Source: an uncultured Muribaculaceae bacterium
GTDB taxonomy: Bacteria; Bacteroidota; Bacteroidia; Bacteroidales; Muribaculaceae
DNA: 64,000 nucleotides
Assembly: GCA_910586475.1 (NCBI GenBank)
Contig: CAJUHM010000004.1
Location: 1,277 to 65,276, forward strand
Direction: 5' to 3'
The notes under the pieces are model-generated. The model did not search any database. It was not told the DNA's origin and was given only the letters and a program-made list of their open reading frames with translations. This document shows positions 47,933 through 58,585 of the stretch, in pieces. The translations under genes were made by a program, and so were the position numbers. The stretch's first letter is position 1. Every line of letters begins with the position of its first letter.

Positions 47933-49093
47933 TTATTCTGAGAATACCGAGCGGGGGAGGCTGCGGCAGTTGTACTGCATTGCCATTACTGACCCATAGG
48001 CGCCGGCCGAGCGAAGAGCCAGTAGGTCGCCGCGGGATGTAAGGGGAAGAGTTGTGTCTTTTTCGAAAACATCGGATGACTCGCAGATCGGACCGACAAC
48101 GTCGTAGATGACTGTTTCTGTCGCATCGGAAGTCAGGTTTTCGATCAGATGACGTGCGTCGTAGAGGGCCGGACGGATCAGGTCGGTGAAACCGGCGTCG
48201 GCGATGGCAAACTGTTTCTCGAGACCATGCTTGACGTAGAGCACACGGGTGATGAGCGAGGCGCACTGTCCGACCATAGAACGGCCAAGTTCGAAATGGA
48301 CTTCCTGGCCTTCGCGGATTCTCAGACATTTGCTGAATGTTGAGAAATAGCCCTCGAAATCTGGAATCGGGTTGGTGTCGGGATTTTCGTAGTCGATTCC
48401 GAGGCCTCCGCCGACATTGATTGTAGCGAATCTGATGCCGCGGCTTTCGTAGCGGTCCTGCAGGTCGTTGATTCTCTCCGAAAGGATTTCAAACGGGCGG
48501 AGAGTCGTGATCTGAGAACCGATGTGAAAGTGAAGTCCACGGAAATCGATGTCGGCCGATGAGGTTGCGATGTCAATTGCGCGGTCAAGCATTTCGAGCG
48601 CGATTCCGAATTTGTTTTCCGCCAGACCGGTAGTGATATAGTGGTGCGTATGGGCATCGATGTTGGGATTGACTCTCAGTGCCACACGGGCTTTTTTGCC
48701 GAGAGCTCGTGCGCGACCGGCAATAACCTCAAGCTCCTCGATTGATTCGACATTGAAACATCCGATGCCCTTTTCTATAGCCAGATCAATTTCGGCATCG
48801 CTCTTTCCAACCCCGGCAAACACAATTCTGGCTGGGTTGAATCCACAGTCGACAGCACGGCTGATCTCGCCTCCGCTGACGGTGTCGATTCCGAAACCGG
48901 CTTCGCGCATGACTTCGAGGACCGGGACCTCCACGTTGGCTTTCATCGCATAGTGGATCCGGAACATCGGGTTGGCTGCCGCAGCGCGTGCGGCGGCAAC
49001 CGTCTGCCGGAGCAGCTTCATGTCGTAGAAGTAGAATGGAGTCCCGACGGTCATGGCCGATGAAATTATTTTTTCGGCATTTTGCGTAGTCAT
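47933..49093 (-). CDS. lysA: Diaminopimelate decarboxylase
   Basis: YAMKAN, HIGSQ, NVGGG, GPICESSD, GAYG; downstream of lysC. Confidence 0.93.
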   Translation of the reverse strand: MTTQNAEKIISSAMTVGTPFYFYDMKLLRQTVAAARAAAANPMFRIHYAMKANVEVPVLEVMREAGFGIDTVSGGEISRAVDCGFNPARIVFAGVGKSDAEIDLAIEKGIGCFNVESIEELEVIAGRARALGKKARVALRVNPNIDAHTHHYITTGLAENKFGIALEMLDRAIDIATSSADIDFRGLHFHIGSQITTLRPFEILSERINDLQDRYESRGIRFATINVGGGLGIDYENPDTNPIPDFEGYFSTFSKCLRIREGQEVHFELGRSMVGQCASLITRVLYVKHGLEKQFAIADAGFTDLIRPALYDARHLIENLTSDATETVIYDVVGPICESSDVFEKDTTLPLTSRGDLLALRSAGAYGSVMAMQYNCRSLPRSVFSE

Positions 49094-49134
49094 ATTTAGC
49101 TTCTTTATTTGAGGGTTGTGTGGTGAGTGTGCGG

Positions 49135-50451
49135 TCAGTTGAAAAGGAATTCGCTCAGCAGCGAAAGGGCTTTGATTTTGTCTGATTTTCTGACAAGCAG
49201 CGAGATGTTGTAGTTGCTGCCTCCGTAGGAAATCATTCTGACGGGAATGTCCTTCAGAGCGTTGACGACGGCAGCTTCAAATCCGCGGTTGTTCCATTCG
49301 AGGTCGCCGACAACGCAGATGATCACCATGTCGCTGTCGACTGTGATCGTTCCGAGCTTCTTGAGTTCGGCGAGGATTTCGGGAAGGTGCTGTTCGTTGT
49401 CGATGGTGACCGAGACGCCGACTTCAGAGGTCACGACCATGTCGATGGAGGTGTGATAGCGTTCGAAAACCTCAAAGACGCGGCTCAGAAAACCGTAGGC
49501 AAGCAGCATTCGGCTGCTTTTGATCTTGATCGCGGTGATGTTGTCTTTTGCGGCCACAGCTTTGATCGTGTGGTCGGGGGTCGCGTTGTTGATGAGTGTT
49601 CCTTCTGCGGTCGGTTCCATTGTGTTGAGGAGCCGGACAGGGATGTTGGCAAGTTTGGCCGGGAGTATGCAGGTCGGATGGAGGATTTTAGCTCCGAAAT
49701 AAGCCAGCTCGGCAGCTTCTTCGAAATGAAGATTGCGCACGGGTGCTGTTTTCTCGACGAAGCGGGGATCGTTGTTGTGCATTCCGTCGATGTCAGTCCA
49801 GATCTGGATCTCGTCGGCACCTAAAGCCGCACCTACGAGTGAAGCGGTGTAGTCGCTGCCGCCTCGCTTGAGGTTGTCGATTCTGCCCTCAGTGTTACGG
49901 CAGATAAATCCCTGAGTGATGTAGACGTCAGCTTCGCCGACTTTTTCCATAAGAGAGGCGAGCCGGCGGGCAATTTCGTTTGCAACGGGTTCGCCGGCTT
50001 CGTCAATGACCATATAGTCAAGCGCCGGAACCATTCGGGCGTTCTTTCCGATGCTCAGAATATAGTTGAGCATCAGGGATGTGGAGATGAGTTCTCCGTA
50101 TGAAACGATGTTCTTTTCCGTCTGTTCGCCTGAAGGGCTGGCGATCTCAGCCTTTATTGTCGCGATTGCCGAATCGACTTCCTTGACGGCAGCAGAGCGC
50201 CACTGGCTGTCGGCCGGGAACAGTTCGTTGATCACGTCGGCATATTTGCTTCCGAGGCGGGCTAGGGTTTCTGAGGCTCCCGTCGGATTACTTTTAGCCA
50301 CATAGTCATATATTTCCAGCAGCTGGTTGGTGGTTCCGGACATTGCGCTTAACACCACAAGATTGCCGCTTTCAGCCGTGACGAGTCCGGCTACATTCTT
50401 GATGCGCTGGGCAGTACCCACTGATGTACCGCCAAATTTAAGTACTTTCAT
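49135..50451 (-). CDS. lysC: Aspartate kinase
   Basis: MKVLKFGGTSV, RGGSDYT, WTDIDG, ACT domains; TAACTTTG at 50476-50483 (-). Confidence 0.95.
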   Translation of the reverse strand: MKVLKFGGTSVGTAQRIKNVAGLVTAESGNLVVLSAMSGTTNQLLEIYDYVAKSNPTGASETLARLGSKYADVINELFPADSQWRSAAVKEVDSAIATIKAEIASPSGEQTEKNIVSYGELISTSLMLNYILSIGKNARMVPALDYMVIDEAGEPVANEIARRLASLMEKVGEADVYITQGFICRNTEGRIDNLKRGGSDYTASLVGAALGADEIQIWTDIDGMHNNDPRFVEKTAPVRNLHFEEAAELAYFGAKILHPTCILPAKLANIPVRLLNTMEPTAEGTLINNATPDHTIKAVAAKDNITAIKIKSSRMLLAYGFLSRVFEVFERYHTSIDMVVTSEVGVSVTIDNEQHLPEILAELKKLGTITVDSDMVIICVVGDLEWNNRGFEAAVVNALKDIPVRMISYGGSNYNISLLVRKSDKIKALSLLSEFLFN

Positions 50452-50496
50452 CTTGCTATAACAAATTTTTGGGCGCAAAGTTACGAAAATTTAAGC

Positions 50497-50620
50497 AATG
50501 TTTGGGGCTAACACGTAAACAAATAGAAAATATAATACAGTCCTTTTTGTCCTCTCATCGGTTCTTTTCTGAGCTTTACGAAGATATTCTCGGTCACGAT
50601 GCCCGGATCGCTCCCTGCGT
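50497..50620 (+). repeat. Dispersed intergenic element, copy B
   Basis: Matches the reverse complement of 2166-2292; last 41 nt are 39/41 identical. Confidence 0.85.
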
Positions 50621-51501
50621 CACTCGATGAGGAGTTTTTTTGCTTCGGGAGTGAGAAGAGACGCTATGTCGTCGGGCATGATGAAAGCTTCCGACGGACC
50701 GTAGGAGTAGGGGAGAATGTCGTAGGGATTGTAGTGGAACGCTATCATGCCGTTGAGCAGATAGACGTTGTTGGTTATTGTTTCCGGAGTGTTCAGGAGC
50801 GCTTGCTGAAGTTCCTCGGCAGAAATCGATTTTGAGAGCGCGATCGATTCGAGAATCATCGGCTGAAGGGTTTTCATCGCGCCTGGGAGAAAGAGAAAGT
50901 CGAATGTGACGGGGCGGTCAGAAGAAAGAATGAAGCTGAACGGTGTCGCGCCAGAATTGGGATGGGCTCCGCCGAGATATTCGGCAAATGTCGCGGAGTA
51001 TGTGACAGTCTGCTGTGTGCATTCGATCAGCTGGAGGGTGCGGGTGACGTAATACTGGCCGGCTTCTTCGGTCGCCGGAACCGTGTCGATCTTTTCTGCA
51101 ATATCATCCATTCCGTAGTTTTCAAGATCCGTTACTGACTGGCGGATTGCCTTTTTGATCTCTTTTGGAGCCTGCGGACCGAATGTCGTGGTGATTATCG
51201 AATCACGTAGGTTGTCGATCTTGAACTTGCCGAGAGCTTCTGGCCACTGTACAGATGTCGAGAGTACGATATAGTGGACAAACGTTGAGTCTTTGCTGTC
51301 GGTCAGTCTGTAGGTTTCGGATGAAGACATGACCGATTCGCTCAGCGGAAAGCTGACAATAGCGGAATCTTCTGGTTCGGTGGATTCTTTCGAATCTGCT
51401 GCAGAGGAGGTCGTGTTGTCGATTGCTGTACCCTGGCAGGCAGAAAAGAGGAAGAGGGCGGCGGAGGCGCAGGCTGTTAGTTTGAGAAGGCGGCTGGTCA
51501 T
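50620..51501 (-). CDS. RsiV-like (DUF3298/DUF4163) lipoprotein
   Basis: Lipobox FSAC from ATG 51501; YLGGAHPN, YNPYDILPYSYG. Confidence 0.85.
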   Translation of the reverse strand: MTSRLLKLTACASAALFLFSACQGTAIDNTTSSAADSKESTEPEDSAIVSFPLSESVMSSSETYRLTDSKDSTFVHYIVLSTSVQWPEALGKFKIDNLRDSIITTTFGPQAPKEIKKAIRQSVTDLENYGMDDIAEKIDTVPATEEAGQYYVTRTLQLIECTQQTVTYSATFAEYLGGAHPNSGATPFSFILSSDRPVTFDFLFLPGAMKTLQPMILESIALSKSISAEELQQALLNTPETITNNVYLLNGMIAFHYNPYDILPYSYGPSEAFIMPDDIASLLTPEAKKLLIE

Positions 51502-51819
51502 GGGAGTCTGGAATAAAAAAGAGTTTGGCTGAATGGATGAATAGGAGGGGGCGATGGCGGCGGCTGGCAGGCGACCGGCACTATGGTAATGCAAAATTAC
51601 AACAGAAAGTTCACATTGTAAGGCGAAAAATCATTAAAAAAATCATCGGGAAGGTTTTGGCGACGGAGGCACGCGACAGGAATGCGGGTTGGTCTCATGA
51701 TAGTTAAAAAATCTTTAATAAGCGGTAGGTTTGTGGGTTAAAAGTTTGAAAATTTGCAATAAAATTAGTTACTTTGCACCGCAAAAACTAATTGAATATT
51801 AATTTTAAATCTCAACATT

Positions 51820-52056
51820 ATGTCAGAAATTGCATCTCGTGTTAAAGCTATCATCGTTGATAAACTCGGCGTAGACGAAAACGAAGTAACTGAAACTGCA
51901 TCTTTCACTACCGACCTTGGCGCTGACAGCCTTGATACTGTAGAGCTTATCATGGAATTTGAGAAGGAATTCGGAATCACCATCCCCGATGAACAAGCCG
52001 AAACCATTCAGACTGTAGGCGACGCTGTCGCTTTCATCGAAGCTGCTGAAAAATAA
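51820..52056 (+). CDS. acpP: Acyl carrier protein
   Basis: [14 protein letters not shown]. Confidence 0.98.
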   Translation: MSEIASRVKAIIVDKLGVDENEVTETASFTTDLGADSLDTVELIMEFEKEFGITIPDEQAETIQTVGDAVAFIEAAEK

Positions 52057-52073
52057 GTCGCAAAGACTTCTTA

Positions 52074-52112
52074 ATGCACGTCTCTGTCTATGATCGGAGA
52101 CGTGCATATTTT
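52074..52112 (+). terminator. Hairpin between acpP and fabF (partial terminator or stabiliser)
   Basis: ATGCACGTCTC/GAGACGTGCAT followed by ATTTT. Confidence 0.65.
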
Positions 52113-52240
52113 GATTTTATCGCGTCGCTGGAACCACGCGGATCCGACCACGCCATAAGTCTAAGATCAGCGCGATGATGTCTGACCTTTGCACAGAAAA
52201 CTCTCCTACCAGTTTATATTAACGAACCACTTGAATCTAA

Positions 52241-53509
52241 ATGGAATTAAAACGTGTAGTAGTGACCGGCCTGGGTGCCATCACTCCTCTGGGCAACGAC
52301 GTTCCCACAACCTGGGAAGCTGCCAAGGCAGGTAAGAGCGGAGCCGGACCCATTACCCATTTCGACGCTTCTAAATTTAAGACTCAGTTTGCATGTGAAG
52401 TCAAGAACTTCAATGCATCGGAACATATCACTGACCGTCGCAAATTGCGTCAGCTCGACCTCTATGCTCAATATGCGCTTGTCGCTGCCCGTCAAGCAGT
52501 TGAGGATAGCGGTCTGGAAACCAGCGAAGGTGTTGACCGTAATCGCATCGGAGTTATCGTGGCCGCAGGTATCGGCGGTCTGCACACATTTGAAGAGGAA
52601 GCCGGCTATTATGCCCTCAACGAGGAAAAAGGTCCGAAATATAATCCCTTCTTCATTCCGAAAATGATTGCCGATATTGCCTCGGGTCACATCTCGATGG
52701 AATATGGCTACCACGGTCCCAACTATGGCGTGGTTTCTGCATGTGCGTCGTCGAACAACGCCATTATCGACGCCTTCAACTATATCCGTCTTGGCAAAGC
52801 CGACGCATTCGTGACCGGCGGAGCTGAAGCCGCTGTATTCCCTGCAGGTGTGGGCGGTTTCAATTCGATGCACGCTCTTTCGACCCGCAACGACAGCCCC
52901 GAGACAGCATCGCGTCCGTTCAGCAAATCGCGCGACGGATTCGTGATCGGCGAAGGTTCGGTCGTGCTCGTTCTCGAAGAACTTGAGCATGCAAAAGCCC
53001 GTGGCGCCAAGATCTATGCAGAAGTTGTCGGCGGCGGTATGTCGGCCGATGCCCATCACATCACAGCCACTCACCCCGAAGGTCTCGGAGCGAAGCTTTC
53101 GATGCAGATGGCCCTCGATGACGCAGGTCTCAAACCTGAGGATATCGACTACATCAATGTTCACGGAACCTCGACTCCTGTCGGAGATGTTTCCGAGGTT
53201 AAGGCTATTGTCGACCTTTTCGGTGATGCAGCCTACAAGCTCAACATCAGTTCGACAAAATCGATGACCGGCCATCTTCTCGGTGCGACAGGTGCTCTCG
53301 AAGCAATGTTCAGCATCCTTGCAGTTCAGAACGACATCGTTCCGCCCACAATCAACCACGAAGAGGGTGATGACGACGAAAACATCGACTATAATCTGAA
53401 CTTCACCTTCAACAAGGCTCAGGAACGTACCGTCCGTGCGGCGCTTTCAAACGCATTCGGTTTCGGTGGCCACAACGCAACCGTGATTGTCAAGAAGTAC
53501 GAAGAATAA
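52241..53509 (+). CDS. fabF: Beta-ketoacyl-ACP synthase II
   Basis: RVVVTGLG, SACAS, HGTST, GHLLGA, FGFGG. Confidence 0.97.
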   Translation: MELKRVVVTGLGAITPLGNDVPTTWEAAKAGKSGAGPITHFDASKFKTQFACEVKNFNASEHITDRRKLRQLDLYAQYALVAARQAVEDSGLETSEGVDRNRIGVIVAAGIGGLHTFEEEAGYYALNEEKGPKYNPFFIPKMIADIASGHISMEYGYHGPNYGVVSACASSNNAIIDAFNYIRLGKADAFVTGGAEAAVFPAGVGGFNSMHALSTRNDSPETASRPFSKSRDGFVIGEGSVVLVLEELEHAKARGAKIYAEVVGGGMSADAHHITATHPEGLGAKLSMQMALDDAGLKPEDIDYINVHGTSTPVGDVSEVKAIVDLFGDAAYKLNISSTKSMTGHLLGATGALEAMFSILAVQNDIVPPTINHEEGDDDENIDYNLNFTFNKAQERTVRAALSNAFGFGGHNATVIVKKYEE

Positions 53510-53559
53510 TCCGATCAGGAACCGCAAGCCGGCTCCGGCCCACGGAATCGACAGATAAG

Positions 53560-53596
53560 AAATCGGAGACCCACTTGACAGCGAGTCTCCGATTTT
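53560..53596. terminator. Bidirectional terminator
   Basis: AAATCGGAGAC/GTCTCCGATTT. Confidence 0.75.
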
Positions 53597-53598
53597 GC

Positions 53599-54372
53599 TT
53601 ATCGGTCGGCGAGGATTTCGCGGATTTCTTCGAGTTTGTCGGCCGCAGTGGGATCAGGACGGACCGGAACGACGGTCACATAGTCCCGGTCGAGCCAGTA
53701 TGAATCGGTCTGGTCGGATTCCGGGTTCGTGTCGATATAGCGGCCTGTCAGCAGGTAGAACGGACGGCCCTGAGGATCTGTATAATCGACATATTCTTCA
53801 GTCCAGTATCCTTCTCCGGCTCTGACGATTTTGATCCCCTTGGGGACGCAGCGTGCAGGAATGTTGACGTTGAGGCAGATCCCCTTCGGAAGACCTCTGG
53901 CGATGACGGCAGCAGTTATTGATCTGACAAACGGCTTGCATTGAGAGAAATCAGCCTTCCATGAATGATGAAGCAGAGAGAATCCGATTGCTGGAATTCC
54001 GAGCATGCAGGCTTCGAAGGCAGCTCCCATTGTTCCGGAGTAGATGACGCAGTTGCCTGCGTTAGATCCGTGGTTGATGCCTGACAGAAGGGCACTGACT
54101 TTTCTTCCGGAAAGCACCGTGTGCATGGCGAGCTTGACGCAATCGACCGGAGTTCCGGTCACAGCATAGACTTCGGCTTCGCCTATATCGGGGCGGCGGT
54201 CTATTCTCAGAGGTTTGTCGACAGTTATGGCAGACGATTTTCCGGACTGTGGTTTTGCCGGTGCGACGGCGACAATGTGGCCGAGTCCGGCTACGGCTTC
54301 GATGAGATTGCGAAGCCCTGGAGCATCAACACTGTCATCGTTGCAGATGAGGATTAATGGGGTTTCAGGCAT
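53599..54372 (-). CDS. surE: 5'/3'-nucleotidase SurE
   Basis: ICNDD, GTPVDCV, SGINHGSN, YSGT, NVNIP. Confidence 0.95.
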   Translation of the reverse strand: MPETPLILICNDDSVDAPGLRNLIEAVAGLGHIVAVAPAKPQSGKSSAITVDKPLRIDRRPDIGEAEVYAVTGTPVDCVKLAMHTVLSGRKVSALLSGINHGSNAGNCVIYSGTMGAAFEACMLGIPAIGFSLLHHSWKADFSQCKPFVRSITAAVIARGLPKGICLNVNIPARCVPKGIKIVRAGEGYWTEEYVDYTDPQGRPFYLLTGRYIDTNPESDQTDSYWLDRDYVTVVPVRPDPTAADKLEEIREILADR

Positions 54373-54581
54373 GTTAAAACTATTACTAATTGTTAAATTA
54401 CTGGATTATTTTCTCTTTGTGAAATATAAAATGGCGGAAGGATTGTTATAGTAAAAGAAACGTGTCTCCGATCGGATGATCCACTCCGTTTCAGCCATCG
54501 AATAAAACGTGCGGACAATATATCAGTGCACCTCTTTTTTATAGAAAAAAACAAAGATGTTCATAAACAAAAGCATCCATT

Positions 54582-55031
54582 ATGTTACAAAGAATTCAAA
54601 CATTGTTTCTGCTGATCGCAATCGGACTGACGGTCGCGATTTTCTTCGTCCCGTTCGGTTATGCGCCGGCTCTTGACGAAACGGCCCATCAGGCATTCAT
54701 GCAGCCTCTTGTCGTCAGCGATTTCCTTGGTCTGATCCTGTCGACCGGAGCTTCGCTTGTAGCTATGGTCGCCGCGATCTTTACTTTCAGAAACTATCCT
54801 CTGCAAAAACTTATGACAGCTCTGAGTGCTGTGTTCATTCTGACAACAATCGGTGTGGTGATTTATGCAATTATCACTCCATATGTCGAAGTGGATGCCG
54901 ACATCAGCATTGCAACTTCGTGGGGCTGGGGAGTGCTGCTTCTTATCTTAGCTCTTGTTGCCGTGCTTCTGGCGTTCCGTAATATTGCGAAAGACCAGCG
55001 TCTGATCCGCAGTTACGACAGAATCCGCTGA
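54582..55031 (+). CDS. DUF4293 family membrane protein
   Basis: MLQRIQTLFLL start, 4 TMs, KDQRLIRSYDRIR end. Confidence 0.85.
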   Translation: MLQRIQTLFLLIAIGLTVAIFFVPFGYAPALDETAHQAFMQPLVVSDFLGLILSTGASLVAMVAAIFTFRNYPLQKLMTALSAVFILTTIGVVIYAIITPYVEVDADISIATSWGWGVLLLILALVAVLLAFRNIAKDQRLIRSYDRIR

Positions 55032-55055
55032 CCGGTCTGACCGGATTGATTTTAT

Positions 55056-55095
55056 AGACTGCCGCTCCCTGACTGTTTCAGGAGAGCGGCAGTCT
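55056..55095. terminator. Bidirectional terminator
   Basis: AGACTGCCGCTC/GAGCGGCAGTCT. Confidence 0.75.
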
Positions 55096-55115
55096 CTGTT
55101 TTCAGACCGGAGGCA

Positions 55116-57584
55116 TTATTCGCGATAATAGATGCGCTTGACTCTCGATGAGACTGAAGTGAGGATCTCATAGGGTATTGTGCCGAGAGTTTTCGCGATG
55201 TCTGCAACCGGAACGTTGTCGCCGAAAATTTCAACGCGGTCACCGACTTTGCAGTCGGCTTCAGTCACGTCGATCATGCAGGCATCCATGCAGATATTGC
55301 CGATTGTCGGGCAAAGGGTTCCGTTGATGTAGACTTTCATGTTTCCGTTGCCCAGATGGCGGTTGATGCCGTCGGCATATCCTACGGGAATGGTTGCGAT
55401 GCGCGAATGTCTGGTGACGAGTCCGTGGCGTCCGTAGCCGATGGTCGTGCCTTTATCCCATTCTTTTATTGATATGATCGTTGTTGAGAGAGAGGAGACG
55501 GGGCGCAGAGCGTTCTGCGAGCCGTCGTCGATCGTGTGGATTCCGTAGAGGCAGATTCCGAGCCGGACCAGGTCGTGCTGATGTTCGGGGAATCGGGTTA
55601 TGCCTGTCGAGTTGAGGATGTGGCGCATGATGTGGTGGCGGAATCCGCTCTGGAGCATTGTCGCGCATCGGTCGAAGATTTCGAACTGCATCATGGTGTA
55701 GGCATCCTGGGCCGGTTCGTCGGCAACGGAAAGATGGCTGAACACTGAGGCCGGCCGGACGACTTTCTGACGGCGGAGAATGTCGATCAGATCCGGAATG
55801 TCATGTTCGAGAAATCCGAGACGGTGCATTCCGGTGTCAAGCTTTATGTGGACCGGATAGTCTGTGATGCCATATTTTTCTCCTTCGCGGATCAGTTCTT
55901 CGAGCACTTCGATAGAGTAGATTTCCGGTTCGAGGTTGTAGGCGAAAAGGGTTCTGTAGTTGACGACCTTCGGGTTGAGGACCATGATCGGCATCGTGAT
56001 TCCGGCCCGGCGAAGGTCGACTCCTTCGTCGAGGACGGCAACGGCGAGATAGGCGGCACCCTGGCTCTGGAGAGTTTTGGCAAGCTCGTAGGATCCGGCC
56101 CCGTAGCCGGAGGCTTTGACCATGCAGACAATGCCAGTTGTCGGTCGCACCATCGATCTGTAGAAATTGAAGTTGTGGACAATGGCATCGAGGTTCACTT
56201 CGAGGACAGTCTCATGCTGACGCGATTCGAGCATGTCGACAATCCGTTCGAAGTTGAAGGCGGGAGATCCTTTTATGAGAATCAGTTCCTTTTCGAAGTC
56301 GCCCGGTGAGACTGAGGTCAGGAAAGAGGTTGTGTCAGGATAGAAGCTTGCGGAGGGGTCGAAGTAGCGTGAGTTGCGCATGAATTCCGGGCCGATGCCT
56401 ATCAGCCGGTCGATCTTTCTTATGCGGACCAGTTCGGCGATTGCCTGATAGATGCGGTTGGGAGGCAGAGTCTCATGCATGACGTCGGAGAGGATCAGGG
56501 TGGACGAATGCTCAGAAGACCGGCGACGGTGCATGAAGTCGAGTGCGGGTGTGAGAGAGTGGAGATCGGATGTGTAGCTGTCGTAGATGAGCATGCAGTC
56601 GTTGACGCCTTCGATCACGTTGATTCGGGTCATGACGGGTGTCAGTCCGGCAAGGGCTTTTCTGATTTCATCGACCGGACGGTTGAGGAAGAGCATGGTG
56701 GCCAGGACATGGATGGCGTTGTGGATGCGTGCGTCGTCGGTGAACGGGATGACAACTTCGGCTGAGGTCCCGAGATAGCGGAATGTCAGTGTGGATGCGC
56801 TGTCTGTTTTTGTGATTGCTGTGATGGCCAGAACCGCATCGGGATTTTTTGTCGACCAGCCGATTTCGATTTCCGGGCGGCAGTTTTTTTCGACGGCGGC
56901 AGAGATCATTGGATCGTCTGCGCAATAGATCAGGCATCGGCAGTCGGTGAAGAGCGAGACCTTTTCCTCACATTTTTTCTGACGTGAGCTGAATCCGCGG
57001 TCGTGTTCGTCGTCGAGGTTAGTGATTATGCCGATTTCCGGGGCGATCATCTCGCGCAGGGTGGCCATCTCGCCTTGTCGCGAGACTCCGGCTTCGATTA
57101 TTGCAAGTCCGGTCTGGTCGTTGAGTTCCCAGACAGAAAGTGGAACTCCGATCTGAGAATTGAAGCTTCTGGGCGAGCGGACAATGCTGTATGTGTCGCA
57201 GAGGGCCTGATAGAGCCATTCCTTGACGGTTGTCTTGCCGCGTGATCCTGTGATGCCTATGACGGGGATCGAGAAACGGCGGCGATGGTGGCGTGCGATT
57301 GTCTGGAGCGCTCGGGTCACGTTGGGGACAACGAGAAATGTCGCGTCGCTGACGGGTTCCATTTCTTCCGGTATGTGGGTGACGACGAAGGTTCGCACCC
57401 CGGTCTCGTAGAGCGGAGCCACGTAGCGGTGGCCGTCGTTGTTAGAGGTCGTTATTGCAAAGAAAACGGAGTTTTCTGGATTGGTCAGAGAGCGGCTGTC
57501 GGTCAGAAGGACGGTTAGCTCTCTGTCAGTTCCGGGCTGCGGCAGATCAAGAATGCGGCAGATTTCGCTTGTTGAGTACTTCAT
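55116..57584 (-). CDS. alr: Bifunctional MurF-like ligase / alanine racemase
   Basis: TDSR and GITGSRGKTTVKE (Mur ligase); MVKASGYG, HIKLDTGMHRLG, GYADG, CMD (Alr). Confidence 0.93.
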   Translation of the reverse strand: MKYSTSEICRILDLPQPGTDRELTVLLTDSRSLTNPENSVFFAITTSNNDGHRYVAPLYETGVRTFVVTHIPEEMEPVSDATFLVVPNVTRALQTIARHHRRRFSIPVIGITGSRGKTTVKEWLYQALCDTYSIVRSPRSFNSQIGVPLSVWELNDQTGLAIIEAGVSRQGEMATLREMIAPEIGIITNLDDEHDRGFSSRQKKCEEKVSLFTDCRCLIYCADDPMISAAVEKNCRPEIEIGWSTKNPDAVLAITAITKTDSASTLTFRYLGTSAEVVIPFTDDARIHNAIHVLATMLFLNRPVDEIRKALAGLTPVMTRINVIEGVNDCMLIYDSYTSDLHSLTPALDFMHRRRSSEHSSTLILSDVMHETLPPNRIYQAIAELVRIRKIDRLIGIGPEFMRNSRYFDPSASFYPDTTSFLTSVSPGDFEKELILIKGSPAFNFERIVDMLESRQHETVLEVNLDAIVHNFNFYRSMVRPTTGIVCMVKASGYGAGSYELAKTLQSQGAAYLAVAVLDEGVDLRRAGITMPIMVLNPKVVNYRTLFAYNLEPEIYSIEVLEELIREGEKYGITDYPVHIKLDTGMHRLGFLEHDIPDLIDILRRQKVVRPASVFSHLSVADEPAQDAYTMMQFEIFDRCATMLQSGFRHHIMRHILNSTGITRFPEHQHDLVRLGICLYGIHTIDDGSQNALRPVSSLSTTIISIKEWDKGTTIGYGRHGLVTRHSRIATIPVGYADGINRHLGNGNMKVYINGTLCPTIGNICMDACMIDVTEADCKVGDRVEIFGDNVPVADIAKTLGTIPYEILTSVSSRVKRIYYRE

Positions 57585-58561
57585 AGCTCAATGGAAAAGA
57601 AATTAGCGATAGGTTGTGATAGTTCGGGGTTGGTCCGGGCCAGATCCCGAGCCATTATTCTGGTTTTTTGTTGGAATTCAGAGAATGAGGAGTCGTTGTC
57701 GGTCATCTGCAGATGGGCCGCGCGGGATGTGAGCCGGCGGCACTGGTCTGCAAGGACTATGGTTGTCGGAGAGAAAAATGATTCGGCGAAGAGATTGAAT
57801 ATGTAGTCGGCTGCGACGTCTGAGGGGTGTTTCATGTCGGGGCTATAGAATCGATAGTCGCGGAGGTCGTCCAACAGGGCTTCGTAGGCGGGGAAGTAGA
57901 CGGTTTGCCGGGAGGAGTCGCAGCAGATACGGTCGATAGCGAGCAGCAGTGTCGATTTCGAGAGCTGGTTTTCATGAAATCCGTCGGCAAGGTGGCGTAT
58001 GGGGCTGACTGTGAAAATGATTCTTATTTCCGGGTTGATACGTCGCAGCAGATCGTGGATTGTTTCGAGGAAGACTGCGGTTTCGTCGACGGTCAGGCGT
58101 CGTCGGGTGAAGATCGATTGCGGAAACCGGTGGCAGTTGCCGACGATCCGGTTGTCGGAGGCGAGGGCGTAGACGTAGGCTGTGCCTAAGGTTATGATTG
58201 CGACAGTCGCCGATGAGAGGAATGTGCGTGTTTCAGCGAGGCGGCTGTTGAGCTTCAGGAGTGTTTTTTCGGAGGATGTCGATGAGAGCGAAGAGTGGCA
58301 TAGGAAGGAATGATACAGGCCTGAATGGCAGACAAGTTCATCGGCTGTGAACTCTCCGCCTTCAGAGATGCGCTGTAGGATGGTGCAGATCGATGCCGGA
58401 TTGTAGAGGGCTCCGAATGGGTTGGCCATTACGTTGAATAGTCTGTCGGCCAGTCGTTTTCCGACGTTGTCGGAAAAGCATGATCCGATGAGTAGGATTC
58501 GGTCGTGGTGGCTGATTTCGCCTTGATCCCGCAGTGGCTGAATTTTGGTCCGGAATTCCAT
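57581..58561 (-). CDS. GSCFA domain protein
   Basis: IGSCFS, NPFG.LYNP, TVSPIRH, SKSTL, YFPAYE, HP. Confidence 0.9.
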   Translation of the reverse strand: MEFRTKIQPLRDQGEISHHDRILLIGSCFSDNVGKRLADRLFNVMANPFGALYNPASICTILQRISEGGEFTADELVCHSGLYHSFLCHSSLSSTSSEKTLLKLNSRLAETRTFLSSATVAIITLGTAYVYALASDNRIVGNCHRFPQSIFTRRRLTVDETAVFLETIHDLLRRINPEIRIIFTVSPIRHLADGFHENQLSKSTLLLAIDRICCDSSRQTVYFPAYEALLDDLRDYRFYSPDMKHPSDVAADYIFNLFAESFFSPTTIVLADQCRRLTSRAAHLQMTDNDSSFSEFQQKTRIMARDLARTNPELSQPIANFFSIEL

Positions 58562-58585
58562 GATGCATTAAGTTTTTTTGCGGTA

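Noticed and set aside
47933..49093. lysA as a polyamine decarboxylase because it neighbours aguA/aguB
   Set aside because: Opposite strand, co-transcribed with lysC, and has HIGSQ and CESSD motifs typical of DAP decarboxylase
50452..50500. Possible lysine riboswitch upstream of lysC
   Set aside because: The -7 element is only about 25 nt from the ATG, leaving no room
52247..53359. 370-aa minus-strand ORF
   Set aside because: Antisense shadow of fabF
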